A stretch of 64,000 nucleotides of DNA from Planctomycetota bacterium (GTDB lineage: Bacteria; Planctomycetota; PLA2; JAEUHO01), in the NCBI GenBank assembly GCA_965222115.1, contig CBDCTJ010000001.1, positions 416,001-480,000 of the forward strand, in the 5' to 3' direction. A program made the position numbers and the translations under genes. The notes below the pieces were generated by a model that worked only from the letters and a program-made list of their open reading frames with translations, searched no databases and was not told the origin of the DNA. Below are positions 39,017 through 47,145 of the stretch, in pieces. How positions within the stretch are numbered: position 1 is the first letter of the stretch; each line of letters begins with the position of its first letter.

Positions 39017-39808
39017 CTAGGACGCCTTCTTCTTGACCTTCTTGGGCGTGAGCTTCCAGAGTTCGGACTGCTTCTTACGAATATCGGCAAGTTGCTTGCG
39101 AATCTCGGCTTGCTGCTTCTTCACCTTCGCCATCTTCTTGTCGTTGTCCTTCATGCGACCAACTTTACCGTTGATCACCTTCTCGGCATTGGCGAGCTGA
39201 TCTTGTTCGGTGAGAAGATTGAGGTGCTTCTTGACGACCTTGTCGAGCTTCTCTTTGAAGACCTTACTAGCCACCTTGCCCATGGCCTTGTAGAGCTTGC
39301 TGGTCTTGAGACGACCCTTTTCGAGCACGGAAATCTTTACGTTGACAGGGTCAATCAACAAGATGCGCGGTACGGCCTTGCCGTTGCCCTTGAGAATTGG
39401 GTCGGCGGCCACGGCATCGGGATGCATCTTTATGCGGCGGAAGGCCTTCATGCCAAGGGCGACCCTCTCGTCCTTGAAGACAACGCCTTCAAGCTTCTCA
39501 ACGCCATCACAGGACGCCGCGTCATCGCAGACGTAGACGATGATGGGACGATCGCTCCAACGAAGCGGTGACTGACTTGCAGCTTGCTTGGCTTCGGCCG
39601 ACTCGGCGGAATCGCCGGTGGTGATGCTCTCTTTCTTGGCAGCTACGGCCTCGGCCGACTCCCACTTAATCTCTAGCGCCGCCAGACTGGCGGACGAACG
39701 ACCATTGCATCAGCCCGCTTCAGCGGCGGGGCTTAGGAATGCTGGCACACAGAGTGCGGCAAGCATCGCGAACGCTGTAAGCGTGCGGGCGCTACGAAGG
39801 TGCGTCAT
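39017..39808 (-). CDS. Candidate exported selenoprotein A (263 aa, Sec33) with thioredoxin-like domain and coiled coil
   Basis: GGAG RBS, ATG 39808, MTHLRS..CVPAFLSPAAEAG, then TGA (39710-39712), then CNGRSS..RPIIVYVCDDAASCDGVEKLEGVVFKDERVA.., in frame with track ORF 39017-39451. Confidence 0.8.
39679..39693 (-). promoter_or_regulatory. Candidate bacterial SECIS apical hairpin (gene A)
   Basis: CCGCC-AGUCU-GGCGG at +17..+31 after the UGA. Confidence 0.7.
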
Positions 39809-39893
39809 GTCGGTTTCTCCATTACATCAATCCGCCCGTCGCAAGCGCGTCCCCGGACGGATCGCGGGATGCTTGCGCCTAGCAGGGTTTACG

Positions 39894-39932
39894 AAAAAGC
39901 GCGGGCGCTCGTCCTGAGACGAACGCCCGCGC
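39894..39932 (-). terminator. Intrinsic terminator after candidate selenoprotein B
   Basis: Minus strand GCGCGGGCGTTCGTC-TCAG-GACGAGCGCCCGCGC-TTTTT. Confidence 0.85.
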
Positions 39933-39940
39933 GTGAGGAT

Positions 39941-40744
39941 TTAGGACTTCTTGGATGCTCTCGGTGTGAGCTTCCAGAGTGCAGACTCCATTTCGCGGAG
40001 TTTCTTCTGCTCGCCTTCCAAGACCTCAAGCTTCTTCTTGAGCTTCTTGGCGGACGATGAATCGGAATCCTTCGCCGCGGTCAGACGCTGGCGCGCCTGC
40101 TGAACACGGGGATGAATCTTGTCGTATTCGCTGAGAAGCTTGACGTGCTTCTTCACTACGCCATCGAGCGACTCCTTGTAGAAAGGCTTCGAAATCTTTT
40201 TCATGGCGTTGTAGATGGGGCGGATATCTACGCGCTTGCTTTCAAGCACGACGACCTTATCTCGGGCCAAGTCCATAATGATCAAGCGAGGATCTGCCTT
40301 GCCGTGACCCTTGAGTAGGGATTCATCTGCGGCATCTTCGGGAGACATACGAACCATACGGAAGGCCTTGGACGCCAAGGCGACCTTCTTGTCCTTCCAC
40401 ACTTTTTCTTCGAGGCGCTCAGCCACTTCGCAGGTGCCGAGTTCGTCACATACCAGCACCATCAAGGGGCGCGAACGAAGTTCTTCGAGCTTGGCGTCGG
40501 CAAGCTTCTTAGCCGCCTCTGCAGACTCGTTATCGACACCTGTAACTTCACCCGTCTCGGGCATGAGTCGCTCAACGCGATCCCACTTGACTTGCATAGC
40601 CCGTTGGGCATCGGGTGAAGGAGCTGAACTACCACGCGACCGACCGCCGCCACCACCACCGGGGCATCAGCCAGCTTCGGCGGCGGGACTCCACATAAAC
40701 AAGGAAAGCGATAGGGCGAGGCCCGCAGTAATCAGCTTCTTCAT
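39941..40744 (-). CDS. Candidate exported selenoprotein B (267 aa, Sec26), paralog of A
   Basis: GAGGAG RBS, ATG 40744, MKKLITAGLALSLSLFMWSPAAEAG, then TGA (40667-40669), then CPGGGGGRSRG..RPLMVLVCDELGTCEVAERLEEKVWKDKKVA.., in frame with track ORF 39941-40597. Confidence 0.8.
40636..40650 (-). promoter_or_regulatory. Candidate bacterial SECIS apical hairpin (gene B)
   Basis: GCGGC-GGUCG-GUCGC at +17..+31 after the UGA, the same register as gene A. Confidence 0.7.
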
Positions 40745-41128
40745 TCGGACGAACTCCTCTTGTGAAAAATGAGCGGAACCTCTAGGACATGGGACGAGCC
40801 GATGCGTGTGTAGGTTTCCCACGAATCTCCCGATCGGCAGATTCTGCTGGACGCACGCACCTCTTCGTTCAGCCGCCAAAAAGCTAAACGTCGAGTAAGG
40901 CCTGATTCCATCGCAGATTCTACACGTTCGTGCCCCGAATTCGCGTGATCGCAAGCCGTCTACCGGGCTCAAGGTCCCCGTTTCTCGGCCTTTCCGGGCT
41001 AATGAGCGGTCAGGGGCGTGAATTTTCGAGTATTTGGTCCCCATTTTCGGGGACCTATAGCGACTCGGACCTGTCAGTACGTCAAAAGTGCGAAGGACTC
41101 GACAGGAACAATAAGAAGGGCCTACGTC

Positions 41129-44100
41129 TTGAAACATACAAACAAACTCGTAACATACCGAGCAACGGCGGTGACAACGATCTGTGTCCTGGCACTGTCA
41201 ATCGCATCGCTCGCGCCAACGACGCAGTCCCATGCAGAAGAACATGCCGAAACGCTTCTGCTTCAACAGCCTGCGATGAACAAGACGCATGTCGTATTTG
41301 TCTATGCGCGAAACCTATGGATCGTTCCACGTGCCGGTGGAACGGCGCGCGCGCTAACCTCGCATGTGGGAACCGAAACACGCCCCCGCATTTCCCCGGA
41401 CGGCTCCACGCTTGCCTTTAGTGCCGAATACGGTGGCAACTATGACGTCTACACGATGCCGATAACCGGCGGTACGCCCACGCGCCACACGTGGCATCCC
41501 GGCATGGACCTTGTGGAGGGCTGGCATCCGAACGGAAAGCAGGTCCTCTTTACAAGCCGACGCAGAAGCGGTACGCCGGTGTCGAAGGCGTATCTGACCG
41601 TAGAAGCCGCCGGCAAGGCTGCAACGCAACGATTCGTAGAACCGCTGCCCTTACCACGTGTTGGCCGCGCAGCATTCGACACCACCGGAAAGCGCATTGC
41701 CTATGCACCAATTCGAGACGCGTTTCGCACGTGGAAGCGCTATCGCGGCGGGCAAACGTCGCCCATGTGGATCTACGACACGGAGACGCATGAGGTGGAG
41801 GTCGTGCCCCACGAAAACGCAAGTGACACCATGCCATGTTGGATTGGCGATGAGCTCTACTTTGCGTCTGATCGCGCTGACCAGATGAACGCATACCGCT
41901 ACAACGCAGAGGCAAAGTCGGTGGAGGCGCTTACTGAGTTTACGCGTGACGGATTCGGCGTTCGCACCATGACCGCAGGACCCGATGGACTTGTCTTTAC
42001 CCGGGGCGGTGCAATCCACATCCTCGACCCGAAAACCAAAGCGGTCACACGACTTCGCATTCATGTGCCCACCGACGGGCTCGCGCGGCTCCCACGCTGG
42101 GAAAAGGCGAGTAAATCGATTCACAATGGAGACGTGTCTCCCAACGGCAAACGGGCTGTACTTGAGGTGCGCGGTGAAATTGTAACCGTGCCTCGCGAAC
42201 ACGGGGGACCCCGCTACTTAAGTCGAAGCGAAGGCGCCAACGACCGATTCCCCACGTGGAGTCCCGACGGAAAACGGATTGCGTGGTTCTCCGATCGAAG
42301 CGGCGAGTATCAATTGCTGGTTCGCGATCGACTCGGAGAGAAGCCCCCCAAGGCCTATGCCATCAACGACACCGCGGGCTACTACGCAGATCCGCAATGG
42401 AGTCCGGACGGCAAGCACATTGCGTTTTCCGATAAGTCCAACCGCGTCTTGGCTTTGAAACTTGCGGATGGCTCACTCAAGACCATTTCGCATAGTCAGG
42501 GCTCGCTTGGGTATTGGCGTCCGTATGCGACGTGGTCACCCGATAGCAAGTGGCTTGCGGTAGAAGAGAAGAATCCCACCACAGCCTACGGTGGCATCAA
42601 ACTCTATGAGCTTGCCACCGGTGATTCAAAAACGATCACAGATGCATTCGGCGATTCGCACTCGCCAGCATTCACCCGCGACGGCAAACACCTTTACTTC
42701 TGCTCAAGTGCACAAACGGGCCCGAATCAATTCGGACTCGACATGAGCGCACACCGCATGAAGTACGCCAAGAGCAATATGTATCTGGTCGTACTCAAAA
42801 AGGACGGCAAGAACCCCTTAGCACCGAAGATCGACGAAGGCATTGACAAGGACGATAAGAAAGGAAAGAAAAAGAAGAAAGCAAAAGACGAAGAGAAGCA
42901 AGACGGTGAAGGAGAACAAGACGCCGCCGATAAGGAAGACAAAGAAGAGAAGAAGGAAAAGCGCGACGACGAAGAGAAAGAGGACACGTCAGACGCTTCC
43001 AAGAAAAAGAAGGAAGACAAGCCGTCGGTGGATCTGGAGGGAATCGAAGATCGAATCTTGGCTGTACCGGGTTCAAGGGGGAACTACTTCGGACTTGGCG
43101 CTACCAAATCAAAGATGCTTTACTTGGAATGGGGCGAGGGTCGCAAGCGAAGTCTCCGCGCCTACGACCCCAAGACCAAGAAGCACAAAAATCTCGTATC
43201 CGGCTGCACGCGGTACGCCATCAGTAAGAAGGGCACGACCGTGCTCTTCAAGAAGGGTGATGCATGGTCCTTGATGGACGAGAACGGCAAGTCCGAAAAG
43301 AAGCTACCCACGTCAAGCGTTTCCGTCCGCGTGGACCCGGCCAAGGAGTGGCGCCAAATCCTTCGCGAAGTCTGGCGCATTCAGCGCGACTTCTTCTATG
43401 ACCCCAATCTGCACCATGTGAATTGGGATGCCATGTGGGAGCGCTGGAGTGCGTTCTTGCCCTACGTACAGCATCGCGAAGATCTCAATGTGATCCTGCA
43501 GGAGATGATGGGCGAACTGTGTTGTGGCCACGAATACGTGGGCGGTGGCGAGATGGATGAAGCCGAAGAAGGACCGCCCGTGGGTCTCCTTGGCGCCGAC
43601 ATCGTTCGTGCTGACGACGCATACGTCATCAAGAAGATCTACCGCGGCCAAAACTGGAATCCAGGGCTGCGATCACCGCTCACTGAACCGGGCATTGATG
43701 TGCGCGTTGGAGACATCGTGCGCTCCGTCAACGGCCGACTCGCATCCGACAGCGTAAACATCTACGCGCTCATGGAAGGCACCGCCGGTGTGCCCACGCG
43801 CATCACGTTTTCACGTCCCGACAGTACAGAAAAGGAGCGGACGTTTACGATTGTTCCCATCGCAAGCGAAAACCGCTTGCGTCGCCGCGCGTGGGTGGAA
43901 GCCAACCGCAAACGCGTAGACAAACTCTCCGGCGGTCGGCTCGCCTACATTTACATGCCCGATACGGGCCGTCGTGGACTCGCGGCTTTTGATCGTGATT
44001 ACTACAGCCAACTCGACAAGGAAGGCGTGGTCATCGACGAACGCTTCAATGGCGGCGGCAAGATTGCGGACTACGTCGTCAATGTCCTCGCGCGTAAGGT

Positions 44101-44536
44101 GCTCTGCTACTGGATGAATCGCGAAGGGTGGGTTGGACGCACGCCGTTCGGCACCATCGAAGGCCCCAAGGTAATGATCATCAACGATCGCGCCGGATCG
44201 GGCGGCGACGCCATGCCGTGGTTGTTCCGCAAACAGGGCGTTGGCAAGCTAGTAGGCACGCGCACGTGGGGCGGCCTTGTGGGCATATCCGGCTATCCTG
44301 ATCTCATGGATGGCGGATTCGTAACTGCCGCGAGCTTTGGCATTATGGACACCGACGGCAAGTGGATTATAGAGAACGAAGGCGTCACACCTGACGTCGA
44401 GGTTCAGCAGTGGCCGCGCGACGTCATCAAGGGAGGCGATCCGCAATTGGAGAAGGCGGTGAAACTAGCGCTCGAAGCACTAGAAAAATCGCCACGGCGC
44501 AAGCCCCCTGTGTATGTCAAGCCCGCGGCGCGATAA
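41129..44536 (+). CDS. Tricorn protease (S41 family)
   Basis: PD40 propellers (SPDG repeats), WKRYRGG, MMGELCCGH, PDZ, AYIY.PD, DERFNGGG, AGSGGD, GTRTWGG, ENEGVTPD. Start uncertain. Confidence 0.96.
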   Translation: MKHTNKLVTYRATAVTTICVLALSIASLAPTTQSHAEEHAETLLLQQPAMNKTHVVFVYARNLWIVPRAGGTARALTSHVGTETRPRISPDGSTLAFSAEYGGNYDVYTMPITGGTPTRHTWHPGMDLVEGWHPNGKQVLFTSRRRSGTPVSKAYLTVEAAGKAATQRFVEPLPLPRVGRAAFDTTGKRIAYAPIRDAFRTWKRYRGGQTSPMWIYDTETHEVEVVPHENASDTMPCWIGDELYFASDRADQMNAYRYNAEAKSVEALTEFTRDGFGVRTMTAGPDGLVFTRGGAIHILDPKTKAVTRLRIHVPTDGLARLPRWEKASKSIHNGDVSPNGKRAVLEVRGEIVTVPREHGGPRYLSRSEGANDRFPTWSPDGKRIAWFSDRSGEYQLLVRDRLGEKPPKAYAINDTAGYYADPQWSPDGKHIAFSDKSNRVLALKLADGSLKTISHSQGSLGYWRPYATWSPDSKWLAVEEKNPTTAYGGIKLYELATGDSKTITDAFGDSHSPAFTRDGKHLYFCSSAQTGPNQFGLDMSAHRMKYAKSNMYLVVLKKDGKNPLAPKIDEGIDKDDKKGKKKKKAKDEEKQDGEGEQDAADKEDKEEKKEKRDDEEKEDTSDASKKKKEDKPSVDLEGIEDRILAVPGSRGNYFGLGATKSKMLYLEWGEGRKRSLRAYDPKTKKHKNLVSGCTRYAISKKGTTVLFKKGDAWSLMDENGKSEKKLPTSSVSVRVDPAKEWRQILREVWRIQRDFFYDPNLHHVNWDAMWERWSAFLPYVQHREDLNVILQEMMGELCCGHEYVGGGEMDEAEEGPPVGLLGADIVRADDAYVIKKIYRGQNWNPGLRSPLTEPGIDVRVGDIVRSVNGRLASDSVNIYALMEGTAGVPTRITFSRPDSTEKERTFTIVPIASENRLRRRAWVEANRKRVDKLSGGRLAYIYMPDTGRRGLAAFDRDYYSQLDKEGVVIDERFNGGGKIADYVVNVLARKVLCYWMNREGWVGRTPFGTIEGPKVMIINDRAGSGGDAMPWLFRKQGVGKLVGTRTWGGLVGISGYPDLMDGGFVTAASFGIMDTDGKWIIENEGVTPDVEVQQWPRDVIKGGDPQLEKAVKLALEALEKSPRRKPPVYVKPAAR

Positions 44537-44585
44537 ACGACGATCTTCGCGACCGCGCTCGTTGCAACGCGCGGTCGATGCGAGG

Positions 44586-46136
44586 ATGCGACACGCGTCG
44601 AGTGCAACAGGTGCATCGTCGCATGCTCACGGCTTGGTTATGCCGTTGCTGGTATTGGTGGCGGCACTCGTCGGTGCGTGGTTCATCATTGGCGGCGCAA
44701 AGAAACGTCGAACGCAGGCGAACAACGCTCACGCCAGCGCCAGCACGCGCGATGCCAGGCACGCGTCGAGCCCTCGGAGTTCTGAACGTGCCCTTGCGGG
44801 CGTCGTGGTGGACGAAACGGGACAACCGATTGAAGGCGCGCTCGCGTTCTTGATCCCAAAGGGATACACGGGCACCTCGCGTGGCAAAGCGCCCCATGTG
44901 CATAGCAACGCACAGGGGCAATGGCGCTTTCGTGCGCGAGAGGTAAACAATCTTATCGTTGGATTCTTGCGATCCGGACATGTCAATACGTACATTCCCG
45001 CGAGCGAAATCGCGGTGAGTGGTAAGGAACGCATCACGCTTCCCACGTGTCCCGCATTGGCGGTCCGATTGGTGGATGACCGCGGCCGACCGATTGCAAA
45101 CTGTGCGGTTGGCGTCGCGCCGTCACCGCCCATCGACATCTATGACTTGCCGGGCCCCGAAGGACGACGTGGGGAACGCTGGCTCACCACCGACGAGCGC
45201 GGTTGGGCGTCTTGCTTTGTGGGTTCCAAGGGACCCGTCACGCTGTCACCCGTTCTTGAGCAGCATGTATTACCGTGGTCGCGCGTGTGGTTGGCGTCAC
45301 CGCACCGTGAATTCACATTGCACACGTTGCCATCGTGTCGCGTCGCCGTAACGGTCACCCCCACCTCAGGCATGGCCATGCCACAGGCCGGCACACTTCG
45401 TTGGCGCCTTGCGGGCAAACGCGACGATTGGCGTATAGCCTCGGCCATTCGCACCGCCAATCGATTCGAATTTCCTGCAATACCCAAGCAAGCCATCGAT
45501 GCCTCGCTTCATTTGGACGGCGCGCGCGCTGTTGATTTGCCACGCCTCGAACTGACCGACGCAGGCGACGTCCACGAAATCGCTGCGTCTCTACTTCCGA
45601 TGCAAGCACCGGGCACGCTTCATCTCGAAACTGTGGGAGGGCGAGGCGCACTCGCGTATCCGCGCGTCTACGTTCGCCGTGCAACGGATGATGGGGCGTG
45701 GATCATTCTTGACGACGTAGACCATGAGAAAGACGAACGAACGCTGACGATCTCGCTACAGCCCGACACCTATCGCATTCTAGTAATTGAGGGTACCTCC
45801 TCAAAAGGGCCCGCACGCGTTGGCATGGCGGCCGAAGTTGCCATCGAATCAGGCAAAGCGACCAAGCAACAGCTTCCCGTTGCCCCCGGCACAGTTCACA
45901 CCCTCGACGTCTCGGCGTTCACGCCGGGTCATGTCAAGTCGGTCGACATTCACATCGACGGTATGGGTCCGGTTCCACTCTATGGTCGCTACAAGCAACA
46001 TCGCCGCCGATTTGGCGAAGACCTCTTGGCGTGGGTCAATAGCCGTCACGCGGCGGGCATCATGCTGGGGCCCTACCCGGGCGGCAAAGCGCGGGTGCGC
46101 TTTCGACGCTTCAAGGAACCCCCGAAACGCAAGTAA
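44586..46136 (+). CDS. Membrane-anchored carboxypeptidase-regulatory-like repeat protein
   Basis: TM helix; GVVVDETGQPIEGA and LVDDRGRPIANC repeats. Confidence 0.7.
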   Translation: MRHASSATGASSHAHGLVMPLLVLVAALVGAWFIIGGAKKRRTQANNAHASASTRDARHASSPRSSERALAGVVVDETGQPIEGALAFLIPKGYTGTSRGKAPHVHSNAQGQWRFRAREVNNLIVGFLRSGHVNTYIPASEIAVSGKERITLPTCPALAVRLVDDRGRPIANCAVGVAPSPPIDIYDLPGPEGRRGERWLTTDERGWASCFVGSKGPVTLSPVLEQHVLPWSRVWLASPHREFTLHTLPSCRVAVTVTPTSGMAMPQAGTLRWRLAGKRDDWRIASAIRTANRFEFPAIPKQAIDASLHLDGARAVDLPRLELTDAGDVHEIAASLLPMQAPGTLHLETVGGRGALAYPRVYVRRATDDGAWIILDDVDHEKDERTLTISLQPDTYRILVIEGTSSKGPARVGMAAEVAIESGKATKQQLPVAPGTVHTLDVSAFTPGHVKSVDIHIDGMGPVPLYGRYKQHRRRFGEDLLAWVNSRHAAGIMLGPYPGGKARVRFRRFKEPPKRK

Positions 46137-47024
46137 CTATCCGCCTTTATCCAAACCCTTTAAGTAGCGCTCGACGGTTTGTAAGACGCTCTTGCCCCAC
46201 GACGTCTCGTTGTCGGCAAACTCATCGCGCAGTCGCGTGAACTCGGCGCGGGCGTAGTCTTTGTCGCCTTCTTGCTGCGTGAAATAGGCATCCCAAATGC
46301 GGCTCCATGTGCGCGTGGCACCGTTGACTTCGTTCATCTGCGCAACTTCGCGCATCATGTCGCGCCCCACGGTCTTATCGCCGCGATAGTAATTGGCCCA
46401 TGCACGTTGAAATCGTGCGTGGCCATAGCCCGCTGTTCCTTCACCGTGACGTTCTTCCAACGCGATAAACGTCTTCTCTTCTTGATCGTGATCACCGAGT
46501 TCGCGGTACGTATAGCCCAAGTACTCCATCACTTTGGTACGATTCTCGTCGCTGAGTGCCGTTGCGTCATCACGAGAGAGCAATTCCTTGAACATACGAA
46601 GCGCCTTGTCGTGTTCCTTGGCGTGGCGCATCTTGTAAGCCTGCGTCAAGAGCTTGTCGGTGGCCACGGTACTCAGGTCGGGCCCCTCCACCGCACGCTC
46701 CAGTCGTTTCACCGTTTCTCGAAGCGACTTGTTTTCCTCCAACACCGCGGCAACCTGTGACGCCAGTTCGTCCATCGACGCTGCGGTCTCCATGGGCTGT
46801 TCATCTCGCGAAGAACGCGCATCGGAATGGCCATGTAGCGTGGGTTCTTCGGAATCGTTGTCGTCGGTGCCGCTCAGTGGTTCGTTTACATGACTCGCAT
46901 CGTTTTCGCGCACAGTACTCGTTGCATCGCCAACGATGGTCGACGGCTCCGCACGCATCAAGAGCACGACGCCCGCCGACACCGCCGCAGATACCAACGC
47001 TGAAAGAAGGATGGTCTTGTTCAT
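46137..47024 (-). CDS. Membrane-anchored TPR protein
   Basis: GGAGG RBS, N-terminal TM, coiled coil, TPR-like helices. Confidence 0.8.
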   Translation of the reverse strand: MNKTILLSALVSAAVSAGVVLLMRAEPSTIVGDATSTVRENDASHVNEPLSGTDDNDSEEPTLHGHSDARSSRDEQPMETAASMDELASQVAAVLEENKSLRETVKRLERAVEGPDLSTVATDKLLTQAYKMRHAKEHDKALRMFKELLSRDDATALSDENRTKVMEYLGYTYRELGDHDQEEKTFIALEERHGEGTAGYGHARFQRAWANYYRGDKTVGRDMMREVAQMNEVNGATRTWSRIWDAYFTQQEGDKDYARAEFTRLRDEFADNETSWGKSVLQTVERYLKGLDKGG

Positions 47025-47145
47025 GGTGTCCTCCGGTGCTTACCTTTGATTCTAACGCGAAGAAGCGGGTAGAGTCGGGCGACGCAAGCGTGAAGAGGCT
47101 GGGCCAAAGTGACCCCGGGTCGTGAACTACACGCGCGCGAGATGT

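Noticed and set aside
39017-40744. Treating the two TGA-split genes as pseudogenes, TGATG-coupled ORF pairs, or code 4/25 recoding
   Set aside because: The stop sits at the same codon in two diverged paralogs with no other lesions, the overlapping ATG frames close almost at once, and TGA terminates many other genes in the window.
42840-43030. Purine-rich low-complexity stretch in the tricorn gene
   Set aside because: In-frame Lys/Glu/Asp linker of a kind common in bacterial tricorn proteases.
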